The notes beneath the pieces were generated by a model. It was not told the DNA's origin and did not search any database. It was given only the letters and a program-made list of their open reading frames with translations. A stretch of 63,923 nt of DNA, filler included, from Octopus bimaculoides (Eukaryota): NCBI RefSeq assembly GCF_001194135.2. It is 7 parts of 7 records of this genome, joined end to end, with 100 filler letters (N's around TTAATTAATTAA, not from the genome) between each part and the next. Parts side by side here need not be neighbours in the genome. Positions count along the whole stretch, not along the records: positions 62,855 to 63,923 come from NC_068997.1; 6 more parts are not named here. One strand, 5' to 3'. Below are positions 63,075 through 63,923 of this stretch, piece by piece. The position numbers and the translations under genes are program-made. Position 1 is the first letter of the stretch, and the number at the start of each line of letters is the position of its first letter.

Positions 63075-63430
63075 GAAAAAGAGGCACTCCAGCCATGCCC
63101 ATTCTGGCTTATTTTCAGGCACAGTGTATTTAGGGCTACAACATCCAATGTCTCCTTCTTTTCTTTAAACCCAATAATGCTTAACTTTTTAAAACAGACA
63201 GTAAAAAAGACATCCCAGCCATGCCCATTGTGACTCCATTTCAGGCACAGTATATCTAGGATTACATCAGCCAAAGTATCCCTTCTTAATTTTAAACTAA
63301 TGATGTTTGATTCTTGAAACACACTTATTAGAAAAGACATTCCAGCCATGACCATCCTAAAGTATTATCAGGGAGCAATTTTACCTAGGACTACATCATC
63401 GAATGCAGCCTTCATTTTTTTTTTTTTTTT
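63075..63430. repeat. Three tandem ~126-bp units
   Basis: CCAGCCATG recurs at 63089, 63215 and 63342 with conserved CAGGCACAGT...TAGG.CTACA downstream. Confidence 0.8.
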
Positions 63431-63852
63431 TTTAAACTTTATAATACTTAAATTATTAAAACTAAGGAGGGAAATATTATTTATTGGTAATATTTACTTT
63501 ATTTAAAAGTAAGGAGAATACATCAGTGGTGTTGTTGCTGTTGTTGTTGTTGTCATTGTTGTCATTGTTGTCATTATCTAGCCCTCAGGTCAGGTCTAAT
63601 GAAGGAAAGCCCATTTGATCAAACGCTGCGGAGTTGTTGCCATCAGAATGTGAGTTGCAGCTGATCAATCACATTAAACTACTGAAGACTCTCTGATCCA
63701 TTCACAGTGCAATTTCACACTGACACTAAATATATGTTTATTAATCTTATGATTTCAATGCACAGATTTATACAAAACAATGCTGTAATTGTGATTTTGC
63801 TAACACAGCCACATACATACATACATACATGCATACATATACACACACACAA

Positions 63853-63895
<43 letters not shown>

Positions 63896-63923
63896 CATAC
63901 ATACATACATATATATATATATA

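Overview
AT-rich, microsatellite- and SINE-dense animal DNA. The repeat families look like those of Octopus (inference from the repeats, not a database match). The window is a scaffold of 7 pieces joined by six artificial 100-bp spacers (44 N + TTAATTAATTAA + 44 N), with many additional N gaps. The only clear host gene is an SLC26 (SulP-STAS) anion transporter whose ~817-aa CDS (44585-47038, +) lies in one exon behind a strong splice acceptor. Its predicted anion-binding pocket is atypical (TM10 SVAPPRS, TM3 GTSAV). The rest is a transposon landscape: at least three tRNA-derived SINE families, RTE LINE pieces, three co-oriented R4/Dong-type LINE copies tied to (TAA)n tracts, a DD36E Tc1-type relic, a rosa/maT-like relic, a hAT relic, mariner/Tc1 and piggyBac-type MITEs, a Helentron-type HINE, and Penelope-like ends. 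One Penelope-like end carries a minimal hammerhead ribozyme motif (42878-42920). Other notable structures are a nested inverted repeat (26692-27300), an indel-free 10-bp minisatellite rich in E-boxes (53611-53970) and a GC/CpG-rich island (58590-59500). No rRNA, genuine tRNA or CRISPR array is supported.
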